Shown here one piece after another: positions 1-8,195 of a stretch of 23,082 nucleotides of DNA. Every line of letters starts with the position of its first letter. Within the stretch, counting starts at the first letter, position 1. Source of the DNA: a virus; IMG/VR virus record IMGVR_UViG_3300032038_006582, positions 1-23,082 of that record. One strand, given 5' to 3'. A model generated the notes under the pieces. That model was given only the letters and a program-made list of their open reading frames with translations. It ran no database searches and had not been told where the DNA came from. Made by a program: the position numbers and the translations under genes.

Positions 1-106
1 CATAATTAACACTCACTTTAACAATTTTCTCACCATCTCCATTTTCAATCAAGTGCAATAGATGACTTGCTAAATCCCTAACAGTTATTCCCTTTTTTTC
101 ACTCAT
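1..106 (-). CDS. Hypothetical protein, 5' part only (MSEKKGITVRDLASHLLHLIENGDGEKIVKVSVNY...)
   Basis: Manual translation. ATG at 106 overlaps the upstream stop (TGATG) and the frame is open to the window edge. Confidence 0.7.
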   Translation of the reverse strand, partial: MSEKKGITVRDLASHLLHLIENGDGEKIVKVSVNY

Positions 107-255
107 CAATCATCACCACTACCTTTTCGCCATCGTATATACTCTATTGCTAAATCTTTACTAACAAGGAAAGCATTCAAAGATTTCACTTCCCCTTCCA
201 ATTCACTTATCCTTTCTTCAAGGTCGGTTTCACCGAATAACTGGTCATCAGTCAA
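106..255 (-). CDS. Hypothetical 49-aa acidic, coiled-coil-like protein (MTDDQLFGETDLEERISELEGEVKSL...)
   Basis: Manual translation. TTG start preceded by GGAGG; the stop overlaps the next start. Below the ORF-track cutoff. Confidence 0.7.
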   Translation of the reverse strand: MTDDQLFGETDLEERISELEGEVKSLNAFLVSKDLAIEYIRWRKGSGDD

Positions 256-258
256 TCT

Positions 259-342
259 CTAATCCTCCTTATACTTGATTATACAATACCTACACCATTG
301 GCAAAATCCTTCTCCTAAAATGCAATAATCAGCTTCACTCAT
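259..342 (-). CDS. 27-aa Cys-rich micro-protein (MSEADYCILGEGFCQWCRYCIIKYKED)
   Basis: ATGA overlap with the methyltransferase stop and GGAG upstream. It fills the gap to the next RBS. Confidence 0.6.
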   Translation of the reverse strand: MSEADYCILGEGFCQWCRYCIIKYKED

Positions 343-1118
343 ATTAATCTCCTCTGTGCTTTCGCTTCATTTATTCTCTGCTTTGCAATATCATAATATT
401 TCTTGTCAAGTTCTATTCCTATGAAGTTTCGGTTGGTTTCAAGACAAGCAACACCAGTCGAACCACTACCCATTGTGAAATCAAGGACAAGGCTATCTTC
501 ATTAGTATAAGTCTTAATTAAGTATTCTAACAATTTAACTGGCTTCTGTGTTGGGTGCAACCTTTCATTATTAGCAGTATTAACTCCTTTAAAATATTGT
601 ACACTTTCAGGATATTTCCCTCTTTTAAAAGATATGGGATGATGTTTAGGCACTAACCCATCGTGTATTCTATTAGGGCTTTTACCTTTATGAGTCTCTC
701 CCTCTTTAAATCTTTTTTTTGTAGTTTCAGAATACTCTTGAAATTGAGGATTATATGTAGGTTGTTTTTTATAAAATATGGATATTATTTCGTGGTATTT
801 CATAGGCATTTTTTTAGCAGTTACAAAACCGCCACTATAATTTTTATGCCATATCCAATCATATCGGTAATTTTGAATATTTGACAATCTTAAATAACTG
901 CTAAATGGTTCGCTTCCGAATAGGGCTATTGGTGTGTTATCATAGGTTAAGCCGTTCAAACATTCCCACATTGACTCAAAAGGTATGATGCTATCCCATT
1001 TACAAGCAGTAGTGCCATAAGGCGGGTCGGTTAATACCATATCCGCCTTTACACCCTCATCAATGAGTTTCTGCATTTCATCTATGCAATCACCATTGAT
1101 TAATTTGACCTCACTCAT
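339..1118 (-). CDS. DNA amino-methyltransferase (N6-adenine/N4-cytosine, beta class), apparently orphan
   Basis: Catalytic DPPY near the N-terminus, then HPTQKP, then the SAM-binding DFTMGSGST near the C-terminus (beta motif order). Confidence 0.93.
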   Translation of the reverse strand: MSEVKLINGDCIDEMQKLIDEGVKADMVLTDPPYGTTACKWDSIIPFESMWECLNGLTYDNTPIALFGSEPFSSYLRLSNIQNYRYDWIWHKNYSGGFVTAKKMPMKYHEIISIFYKKQPTYNPQFQEYSETTKKRFKEGETHKGKSPNRIHDGLVPKHHPISFKRGKYPESVQYFKGVNTANNERLHPTQKPVKLLEYLIKTYTNEDSLVLDFTMGSGSTGVACLETNRNFIGIELDKKYYDIAKQRINEAKAQRRLI

Positions 1119-1327
1119 AATATTCTCTCCTCGTAATCCTTGATTAAATCCTCCAACTCATCCACCAACTCCATAAAAGCAGTATCAAAGTCTTCACTAT
1201 GGTAATCAAGTGGTAAGTCAAGCATTAACTGGCTATGCCCAATCCTGAGATTACTCAAACTTAATTTGATATAATCCAAATCCTTACGGCATTTACTCTT
1301 ATCCTCCGCTTGTACTACTTCCAACAT
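1115..1327 (-). CDS. Hypothetical 70-aa protein
   Basis: ORF coupled by an ATGA overlap to the methyltransferase; GGAGG upstream. Confidence 0.7.
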   Translation of the reverse strand: MLEVVQAEDKSKCRKDLDYIKLSLSNLRIGHSQLMLDLPLDYHSEDFDTAFMELVDELEDLIKDYEERIL

Positions 1328-1359
1328 CTTTACTCAATCCTCCATATTTTTCGCTTCAA

Positions 1360-2016
1360 TCAATCTAACATCTCCCTAATAAATTTAGAAAAAGTCTCTT
1401 GTTTGCCATTCCACCCATATCTTTTATGATATTTTTTATGGCAGTCTTTACATAATGTCACTCCATTCTTTACACTTGTCGCTAACTCCAAATTGTCTTT
1501 AAATGACCTTATATGGTGTACTTGCAAATCTTTTTCATTATCATTGCCACAACAAAGGCATTTATAATCATCTCGGATTAAAACAAGTCTTCTGAATGCA
1601 CCATAATCCTTAATAAAATCATAACGATTAAAACTCACCCAATCATTTAATCTAACATAATGTTTGCATTTATCACAAGGGTCTTCCCCTTCTTCAACAA
1701 CTGGACAATCACCACCTATACTCCCACAATAACCCTTAATTATTGAACCTTCAATAAGTTGCTTAAATTCTTCACCAGTTAATTTAACTTCCAGTCCTCT
1801 CTCTTTAAAATAAGTCAAAGCATCTATTAAATCTGAAAAATAGTCTACTGGATAGTACTCTAAAACTGGAACCACTCCCAACTCTGGGTGGTATATCTCT
1901 CCCATACCATAACCTTTTGATAATGTATAATTATATGGTGCGACATAAAGGTCTCCTTCGTGTCTGCTAAATACATAATTTCCTATTTTTGTAGGATTAT
2001 CTTCTAAATCCAACAT
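1360..2016 (-). CDS. HNH endonuclease domain protein with an unassigned N-terminal region
   Basis: C-terminal RDDYKCLCCG...LQVHHI...NGVTLCKDCHKKYH is an HNH motif with Zn-binding CxxC pairs. Confidence 0.88.
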   Translation of the reverse strand: MLDLEDNPTKIGNYVFSRHEGDLYVAPYNYTLSKGYGMGEIYHPELGVVPVLEYYPVDYFSDLIDALTYFKERGLEVKLTGEEFKQLIEGSIIKGYCGSIGGDCPVVEEGEDPCDKCKHYVRLNDWVSFNRYDFIKDYGAFRRLVLIRDDYKCLCCGNDNEKDLQVHHIRSFKDNLELATSVKNGVTLCKDCHKKYHKRYGWNGKQETFSKFIREMLD

Positions 2017-2029
2017 TCTAATCCCTCCA

Positions 2030-2275
2030 TTAATAATCTCCTAAACTTGTCTGTATTGATCGCTTATCCTTTTTGCAATAATACCTTGGTGTAGTTTTGC
2101 TTGTGCAACCGGTTTGTCTGATGTCGCACATATGACAACTAACCACACCATCACTATCCTTGTTTAATACTACATAATCCTTCCAATCATAGCCACGCCT
2201 TGGCTCCTGATAAGGCTTGTACCCCTTATAATCCTTGCTGTTGAAATCAGCACTAGTTTCACAAAATATTATCAA
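2030..2275 (-). CDS. Hypothetical Cys-containing 81-aa protein (start uncertain)
   Basis: ORF in operon context; CHMC...C...C may bind metal. Confidence 0.6.
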   Translation of the reverse strand: MIIFCETSADFNSKDYKGYKPYQEPRRGYDWKDYVVLNKDSDGVVSCHMCDIRQTGCTSKTTPRYYCKKDKRSIQTSLGDY

Positions 2276-2985
2276 TCCTCCACATTATGTATAAATGAGT
2301 ATATATTATTCGCAGTGATTTCCCCTATTGATTTGACCTTGTTAAAATCCTCAATAGTAGCCCCCATTAAATCAGTTAAACTTTTAATCTTTAAGGTTTC
2401 CTTAATCAGTTTTGCCTTTTTATCACTCACACCCTTAACACTACACAAGACACTATCCACCGCGGAAGCAGATTTAACAAGATTCTTAACTTCACTACCA
2501 TAAACCTTACTCTCGCAACATTTCTGAGCCTGTAAAAGCATCTCTTGGAAAGCCACACTCTCAGATGATGCATAGATTACTGGGCATATGGTCTGCACCC
2601 GTCTTATTGCTCCTTCATACCTTGCATAAGTGGATTTGATATATTTTTGGTAATCATATGTGTATTGCTTTCTCACAATATATGATTCCCAAGTGTCCAA
2701 GATATAATCCTGCAAGTTGCCTTCAACAATCAGGTAACTGTAAGGGTAGGTTACTGTTTGGTTAACACACTCATCAAAGAGTCTGCCGTTTGTGATGCTC
2801 TTCATCAGGTCATCGATTAGTTTATACTCAAAAACCACTTGGTTATTGAATAGGTAATCACCGAATTCAAGTTGCCGTATTTCGCAATCGTAGCCCTTAC
2901 TGGAATAATACTCTTGGGCTCGGCTCTTCCTTGTAGATGTTAAACCATGCGGACCATGCTCACGAGTATCAACAATTATCCTCAT
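2272..2985 (-). CDS. ERCC4-domain (XPF/Mus81/Hef-like) structure-specific nuclease with C-terminal tandem helix-hairpin-helix
   Basis: IVDTRE, GDY and EYKxxxD match the ERCC4 VDxRE / GDxnERKxxxD motifs. VKGVSDKKAK and VKSIGEITA are HhH motifs. Confidence 0.9.
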   Translation of the reverse strand: MRIIVDTREHGPHGLTSTRKSRAQEYYSSKGYDCEIRQLEFGDYLFNNQVVFEYKLIDDLMKSITNGRLFDECVNQTVTYPYSYLIVEGNLQDYILDTWESYIVRKQYTYDYQKYIKSTYARYEGAIRRVQTICPVIYASSESVAFQEMLLQAQKCCESKVYGSEVKNLVKSASAVDSVLCSVKGVSDKKAKLIKETLKIKSLTDLMGATIEDFNKVKSIGEITANNIYSFIHNVED

Positions 2986-3350
2986 AATTTATTCACCACT
3001 TCTTTAATCAATTCGAATTCCTTACGCCGGTACAATTTAAGCTCATACCGTAAATCATCCAACTCTTCAGCCACTTCATCCCTTGGTGGATAATTGGCAA
3101 CATCACTAACCTTTGTTATTGGATCGCCGAAGATGTTTCTTTGTTTCTCGTATAATCCATTATCAATGAATCGTTGTATTTTGTCGATTGTGTTTAGGTC
3201 TGTTTCTGCCGTGTTTATCATTTTGAGTAGGTCCCGTATGTGGTCTTGTATTTGTCTTAGGCTGGGTGTTAGTCCTATTTTGAGTAGGCAGTTGTTTTCT
3301 AGTTTGCAGCCTTTGCATTGGTTTCTTTCATCGTATTCACAAGTTAACAT
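2982..3350 (-). CDS. Hypothetical 122-aa protein, N-terminal Cys cluster plus helical region
   Basis: GGAG RBS; ATGA overlap with the ERCC4 gene. Confidence 0.7.
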   Translation of the reverse strand: MLTCEYDERNQCKGCKLENNCLLKIGLTPSLRQIQDHIRDLLKMINTAETDLNTIDKIQRFIDNGLYEKQRNIFGDPITKVSDVANYPPRDEVAEELDDLRYELKLYRRKEFELIKEVVNKL

Positions 3351-3374
3351 AAGTTGTCTCCTTATATTTTTTTT

Positions 3375-3593
3375 GAAATTACAAAATTACAAAATTACAT
3401 TGCTTATCTTATTGTTTAGAATTACATTATTACAAAATTACAAACAATAAAAAAGGTCTCTCTGTAATATACCAATACCCATTGAAAAAATTTTGTAATT
3501 TTATAATAAATCCTATGAATACTCAAAACTACAAAATACTGGGTTTTCCAATGTTTTGGAATTACAAAGACAAAATGTAATTTCAAATGTAAT
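3375..3593. repeat. ATTACA iteron array, putative replication origin
   Basis: ATTACA at 3378, 3386, 3394, 3421, 3429, 3437 and 3561. Inverted TGTAAT at 3463, 3494, 3576 and 3588. Perfect 14-bp inverted repeat at 3383-3396 / 3489-3502. AT-rich intergenic stretch directly downstream of the helicase gene. Confidence 0.75.
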
Positions 3594-3602
3594 CTTGTGT
3601 TT

Positions 3603-5639
3603 TTACCTTATCACCTCAAAGTTGCCTTCGCCATCATACTCGTCAAGTTTAGGATACAGGAAATCCAAGAAATCATGATAATTAACAATCATCATCCGCT
3701 TAGTTTTACCATTAATCAATATTGGCTTGTATTCCCAGCCTAACAATTCGCTAATGGATTGCAAGTTATAGCTGCTGCTAGTAATCTGTTTAAGCTCCTT
3801 CTTTATACCACTACTGCAAACCACATTAATAGTTCCATCACGGCCACGGTGAAGGTCAAGCCAAGGAATCAGCTTCTCATTCAACACACTCCATACCCTA
3901 TCATTGAAATCATCATTGGTTTTGAAATCCGTGTCAAGGTCTTGTTGGTTTAATGGTCTGCCGGTTTCTTCACTCCATACTTGGACTTTCTGTGTGGCTC
4001 GGTTGATTTTCTCTATCAGGAATAATCTGATTTCTTCGATTTCTTCTTCATCTAGATCGTCGAGTGTTTCGGTTTTGTGCCAGTCCAGTATCCAACTTGG
4101 CATATCGTGACCGGTGTCTAGGTATGCTCTTCCTACTAGTAGGTCCGCGGTTTCTTGCCAATCGTTGAGTAATAATTCTGGGTTGCTTTTTATTTCGGTT
4201 ATGAAATAATTACCCAGAGCCTTTAATTTGTTGAGTATGCTTCTTTTAGGACTGTTTATTTTGAAGATTTCATCAAATTCTTTCTTGTTATCTGCGGCCT
4301 TTTTTTCGTTGTGGCTGAATAGGATGCTGGTGAATCTTCTGAATAATGCATCACCTGAAGGCAATCCTTGGTTTGCGGTTATTATTCCACAACTGAAGCT
4401 TGGTATTGTTCTGTAGGCTTTGCCTTGGTATCTTCCACGGGCGGTTGTGGATTCTATCGCGGTTTTGAGCATTCCAACGATTGAAGGCTTGTTGAGTGCT
4501 CCTTCTGGTTCGCTTACCATTATTGGTTTGGTGAATTGGCTTACTCTGCTTCCGACTCTTGCTACTGTATCAAAGGATGAGCCTCCTAGGTTGTTATCCT
4601 CGTTTGGGATATCATAGATGAAGAGTATGATTTCGCCAAGGGTGGTCTTACCACTTCCAGCCTTACCATACAAGTATAGCCAAGGCATCCATTTACCACC
4701 TATCTGTTTGATACTGTAATCAAATATACTCATTAATCCCCATTTTAAACAGGTACTTAGTTTGGTTTCATGTCCTTTAAAGAAGGGAGCAAGTAAATCT
4801 ATGACATTAAGTGCCTCATTTACTTCATCTTGGCTTGGCTCATCTACATCAAGGTGGATGATTTTCAATTCTTCATTGGTTTTATCCCAGTACACTCCAG
4901 GGTTGTCAATCTCGTTATGCATTTGGGCGAGTTTGTACTTTACACTTATTTGTATCACCGCGGCGAGTGTTCCTTTTAATCGTCTTGGTGTTATTACCCA
5001 TCCGGCTTCTTCAAGGTATTGTTCGATTTCCTTGATGGTTTTACGATTGGTCTCGAATACTCTGCTACTGGTTTTACTCACCCATCGTATAGTGAATGTC
5101 CTGCCAATATCATCGAGTGGACTGTCATGGATTATAACTTCCTGAGGGTAAGCATTAATCACAGTTTCAAGGTTCCTTTCGCCTTTTTTACCATTATCCC
5201 ATTCATACTGGATTATCTCCAGTTTCTGATTAAGTATGATACTGGTGTTGGTTCCGGTTTTCTCCCTGTAAACCTTTTTAGTACCATACGGAGCCAAAGC
5301 CTTTTTCAACCGACGATTGAACATTGTGGTTTCAGCCTCATCATAATTCCTAGATAATAAAAAACTAACACCATCTAATCCAGTATTAGGCTTATCCTCT
5401 AAGGAGTAGATATTGTTTAGGTATGTGTTTATGTCGGCCCAGTCAAACATGGTTTCAAAATCAGGATTGTTGACAAGGTTTTCACATAATGGCCTTATGA
5501 TGTCTTCACAGGTTTCTGGATCTACTTCTTGTGTGAACATTTCGCTTATGATTTGTCTGAGTAGTGTGTCTGTGAGTTCTGGTTTGATTTCGGTTAGTGT
5601 TTGGGTTAGGCTTTGTATTGTTTTGACTTGTGCTGTCAT
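3603..5639 (-). CDS. AAA+ NTPase, putative replicative helicase/initiator (SF3- or Cch/DUF927-like) with a probable C-terminal winged helix
   Basis: Walker A LYGKAGSGKTT, Walker B-like IMVSE, sensor IITAN and an Arg-finger-like FRRF. It lies next to the SSB, the SSAP and the repeat array. Confidence 0.75.
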   Translation of the reverse strand: MTAQVKTIQSLTQTLTEIKPELTDTLLRQIISEMFTQEVDPETCEDIIRPLCENLVNNPDFETMFDWADINTYLNNIYSLEDKPNTGLDGVSFLLSRNYDEAETTMFNRRLKKALAPYGTKKVYREKTGTNTSIILNQKLEIIQYEWDNGKKGERNLETVINAYPQEVIIHDSPLDDIGRTFTIRWVSKTSSRVFETNRKTIKEIEQYLEEAGWVITPRRLKGTLAAVIQISVKYKLAQMHNEIDNPGVYWDKTNEELKIIHLDVDEPSQDEVNEALNVIDLLAPFFKGHETKLSTCLKWGLMSIFDYSIKQIGGKWMPWLYLYGKAGSGKTTLGEIILFIYDIPNEDNNLGGSSFDTVARVGSRVSQFTKPIMVSEPEGALNKPSIVGMLKTAIESTTARGRYQGKAYRTIPSFSCGIITANQGLPSGDALFRRFTSILFSHNEKKAADNKKEFDEIFKINSPKRSILNKLKALGNYFITEIKSNPELLLNDWQETADLLVGRAYLDTGHDMPSWILDWHKTETLDDLDEEEIEEIRLFLIEKINRATQKVQVWSEETGRPLNQQDLDTDFKTNDDFNDRVWSVLNEKLIPWLDLHRGRDGTINVVCSSGIKKELKQITSSSYNLQSISELLGWEYKPILINGKTKRMMIVNYHDFLDFLYPKLDEYDGEGNFEVIR

Positions 5640-5674
5640 TGTGGTTTTTCACCTCCCGTATTTGTTTGGGTGAT

Positions 5675-5682
5675 AAAAAAAA
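5675..5682 (-). terminator. Oligo-T tract after the SSAP gene, possible archaeal intrinsic terminator
   Basis: T8 on the coding strand shortly after the stop codon. Confidence 0.35.
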
Positions 5683-5694
5683 GTGGTGGAAGAT

Positions 5695-6525
5695 TTATGC
5701 TTCTTCCACATGGTTTAATAATTCTTTGCAGGTTTCTTCAGTGAAGTCTGGGTATTGGTTATCATAGGCCCAAAGCTTACTGATGCGAGCAAAATTCTTT
5801 AGGGTGAATTCGTCTCCGCGTCTTTCGAGTTTTTGGATTATTTTCCTGAACCATTCACCTAAGACCACATTGTTGGTTCCTTTTAGGACTAATGCAGGGT
5901 TATCGGATTTTGGTTTTTCTTCAACTATCTCGGCATCGATGACTTCGGCTTCTTCAGCTTCTTCAACCTTTTTTGATTGTGCCGGTGCTTTCTTAACCCT
6001 CTTTTTACGGCTTGTGCTATTTTTCTGTGCATTGTTTATCCCTACCATTTCTTCGGATGGTGTACCATTAAGGTTCTTATCCAAGGAGACGAATCCTCTT
6101 AACTGGTTGGAAAGGGCCTTCGAACCAGCACGAGTTTGTGCCATACTGGCCATTTGGAAGTAATCCTTGTTTCTCCAATTCCTTTCATTGTTCAAGCAGT
6201 AAGCTTCGGCTCCTCCAATGATTATGCCATCGGATACTCTGACTACTTCGGCTCTTGCTTTGAATCCTTTGGCTTCGAATATCTCGACTGGTTCTGCTTC
6301 ACCGGTTCTTACAGCAATACCAAAAGCATTACCTAAAGCGATCCAGTCCTCGAATTCAAGATGCCTTTTACCGTTCACGATAACAGGCTTCTCCTTGTTG
6401 TGCAATACTTCGTGTACTACTGCTAGGGCGTTATGGTTTTCGGTTTTGAGTTTGTTTTCGTCTTTGATTAGGTCGAGGGAGGAGGTTTTTGCCTCCGCCT
6501 CTATGATTTCGTTTTTAGTAGTCAT
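5695..6525 (-). CDS. Single-strand annealing protein (Rad52/RecT/Red-beta superfamily-like); likely start ATG 6525
   Basis: NGKRHLEFEDW...AEAYC...SMAQTRAGSKAL resembles phage SSAP cores, followed by a charged linker. GGTGA RBS precedes ATG 6525. Confidence 0.65.
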   Translation of the reverse strand: MTTKNEIIEAEAKTSSLDLIKDENKLKTENHNALAVVHEVLHNKEKPVIVNGKRHLEFEDWIALGNAFGIAVRTGEAEPVEIFEAKGFKARAEVVRVSDGIIIGGAEAYCLNNERNWRNKDYFQMASMAQTRAGSKALSNQLRGFVSLDKNLNGTPSEEMVGINNAQKNSTSRKKRVKKAPAQSKKVEEAEEAEVIDAEIVEEKPKSDNPALVLKGTNNVVLGEWFRKIIQKLERRGDEFTLKNFARISKLWAYDNQYPDFTEETCKELLNHVEEA

Positions 6526-6868
6526 ATACTTCACCTTCGTCTTCTTCGTACTCTACACGGCGTGATGGGTCTTTTTCAACCTTGTAAACCCTTTTATCTG
6601 CATAGTTTTCATTGTTAGATGGGATTATCTTCGCAAGGGTTACTCTGATGTAGTCGCCGATGTCTACTTTGCGGTTGTATCTTTGCAGGTCCCTGTGGCT
6701 TGGTAGTTCTTTTTCGAAGCCACTTTCAAGTTCTAATAATATTCTTGTGTTGCCGTAGTTGTCTTCTACGAAATCGATTACGTTTCCTTCTATTTGGTCT
6801 CCAACTGTTAGTGGTTCCCAGTATCTGCTTGTTTCGTCTATTCCTGGTGTGATTGTTTCAAATGCCAT
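6515..6868 (-). CDS. Single-stranded DNA-binding protein (OB-fold) with acidic C-terminal tail
   Basis: W...GDQIEG...GDYIRVT beta-strand pattern; ends YEEDEGEVYDY; adjacent to the SSAP. Confidence 0.65.
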   Translation of the reverse strand: MAFETITPGIDETSRYWEPLTVGDQIEGNVIDFVEDNYGNTRILLELESGFEKELPSHRDLQRYNRKVDIGDYIRVTLAKIIPSNNENYADKRVYKVEKDPSRRVEYEEDEGEVYDY

Positions 6869-6874
6869 ACTATC

Positions 6875-7249
6875 TTACTCCTTGATTGCATCATAAATTC
6901 TTAATAGTGTCTCATACTCTACTGTGAGTGTGTTTAGTTCTCTTTTTTCTTGTACGAGTTGAGAGTCAATGTAAGCCTTTCTCATACTCTCGTTGCTGAT
7001 TTTTTGTAATCCTTGTGATTTTCTTTCTTCGTTCACCTTGTCCCAATTGGTTTCAAGCAACAGGGTGTTTTTGTCAATGTCGACTTTCTGTCGGTAGACG
7101 TCTAGGTTTTTCTTTGCTCCTTCTAGTTCTTTGATTAGCATCATGTTGACGTCGATGCCTTTTTGTCTCCATAGTCCGATGCAGTTGTATACTGTGTCGG
7201 TGTATCGTAATGGTTTCATTTCTTGGGTTTCTTCTTTTTTAGTTGCCAT
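6875..7249 (-). CDS. Hypothetical 124-aa coiled-coil protein (start revised to ATG 7249, MATKKEE...)
   Basis: GGAGG upstream of ATG 7249; helical heptad character. Confidence 0.65.
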   Translation of the reverse strand: MATKKEETQEMKPLRYTDTVYNCIGLWRQKGIDVNMMLIKELEGAKKNLDVYRQKVDIDKNTLLLETNWDKVNEERKSQGLQKISNESMRKAYIDSQLVQEKRELNTLTVEYETLLRIYDAIKE

Positions 7250-7433
7250 TCTTGGTCCTCCATAGGTTAAAATCTTCAAGTTTCTTTTGTTCGTTTGGTA
7301 TTTCAAAGACAAGGACTTTGCATTCATTCGCCCTTGTCCTCATTGTATAAAAACCGTGCCGTTGGAAGTATGCTTCGTCTTCCTTGGCAATGGTTTCTAA
7401 TAGTTCATCTGCTAACTCTCCAATACTAGTCAT
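7239..7433 (-). CDS. Hypothetical 64-aa early protein
   Basis: Tightly packed ORF overlapping its neighbours. Confidence 0.65.
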   Translation of the reverse strand: MTSIGELADELLETIAKEDEAYFQRHGFYTMRTRANECKVLVFEIPNEQKKLEDFNLWRTKNGN

Positions 7434-7614
7434 CTCTCTCCTCCAAAGTATTGATAGTAAGGGTGTACTCTGGTTTATTATGTAGGTCTGACTCGTATTG
7501 CTTGATGCTGATGGTTTGTACTTTCTTGGCTCCGAAGACCCCTATTTTGTTTATTTCTTTGAGTACTCCGTGCCAGTCTGTAATGATTTTTTCTTCTTTC
7601 TTAATAACTCTCAT
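7426..7614 (-). CDS. Hypothetical 62-aa early protein
   Basis: Tightly packed ORF; GGGGA upstream. Confidence 0.65.
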   Translation of the reverse strand: MRVIKKEEKIITDWHGVLKEINKIGVFGAKKVQTISIKQYESDLHNKPEYTLTINTLEERDD

Positions 7615-7627
7615 AAACTAAATCCCC

Positions 7628-7837
7628 CTATAAGAATGCCAAAGGTGTGCTATAATATTCCGGTGGCTTTATAATGAAGCAAAGTGCTACAAGTCCTAGA
7701 AATGCTAAAACAAGGAGTGTTACAAAACCGACCAGGACAAGTGTCCTGTGGATGTCAGTTTGTACACGGTCAAGTCTTGCCTTGCCAGTGTAACACATAT
7801 AGGCGTATGCTAGGAGGTTTTGCAGTCCATTCTTCAT
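7628..7837 (-). CDS. Small membrane protein, 69 aa (start revised to ATG 7837)
   Basis: Hydrophobic stretch LVLVGFVTLLVLAFLGLVALCFII; GAGGTG RBS and ATGA overlap. Confidence 0.7.
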   Translation of the reverse strand: MKNGLQNLLAYAYMCYTGKARLDRVQTDIHRTLVLVGFVTLLVLAFLGLVALCFIIKPPEYYSTPLAFL

Positions 7838-8016
7838 AATTTCACCTCTTCGCCTATCCATCTGCTTATCTGAGCCTCCAAATAAGCCTCATCGTTTAAG
7901 TGACAATCCACAAGGTAATCCTCTTCATCTTTTGGATCGTACCATGGGATTTCTTCATCTGGTGCATCAAGTGAGTGTGTTGTGTTGAATATTTCGTCAT
8001 GTTCCCATGGTTCCAT
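7834..8016 (-). CDS. Hypothetical acidic 60-aa protein (start revised to ATG 8016)
   Basis: TAATG overlap with the upstream ORF, GGAG RBS, very D/E-rich. Confidence 0.65.
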   Translation of the reverse strand: MEPWEHDEIFNTTHSLDAPDEEIPWYDPKDEEDYLVDCHLNDEAYLEAQISRWIGEEVKL

Positions 8017-8195
8017 TATTGGCACACTCCTTTGATGTAGGCTTTGTGATTGTGGAATTCGACTTCTACTGTCTTGCCAAGTTTGAGTTGGCTTCGTTTA
8101 ACAGTTCTGCCGAGGTAGGCTTCGTAGCATTTACCACGACTGCCGATGCACCAGATGCTGTCTGGGTTGATGGCATAAAGTTTCTGCTTAACCAT
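8016..8195 (-). CDS. Hypothetical basic 59-aa protein (start revised to ATG 8195)
   Basis: GGTGA RBS upstream of ATG 8195. Confidence 0.65.
   Translation of the reverse strand: MVKQKLYAINPDSIWCIGSRGKCYEAYLGRTVKRSQLKLGKTVEVEFHNHKAYIKGVCQ

Noticed and set aside
339-2016. MTase plus HNH as a type II restriction-modification pair
   Set aside because: The genes are not adjacent and both types are common as independent viral genes. Nothing in the sequence links their specificities.
3375-3445. CRISPR mini-array or tRNA-derived att site in the intergenic regions
   Set aside because: The repeats are 6-8 bp with no unique spacers. No tRNA-like sequence was recognised here or in the gaps flanking int.
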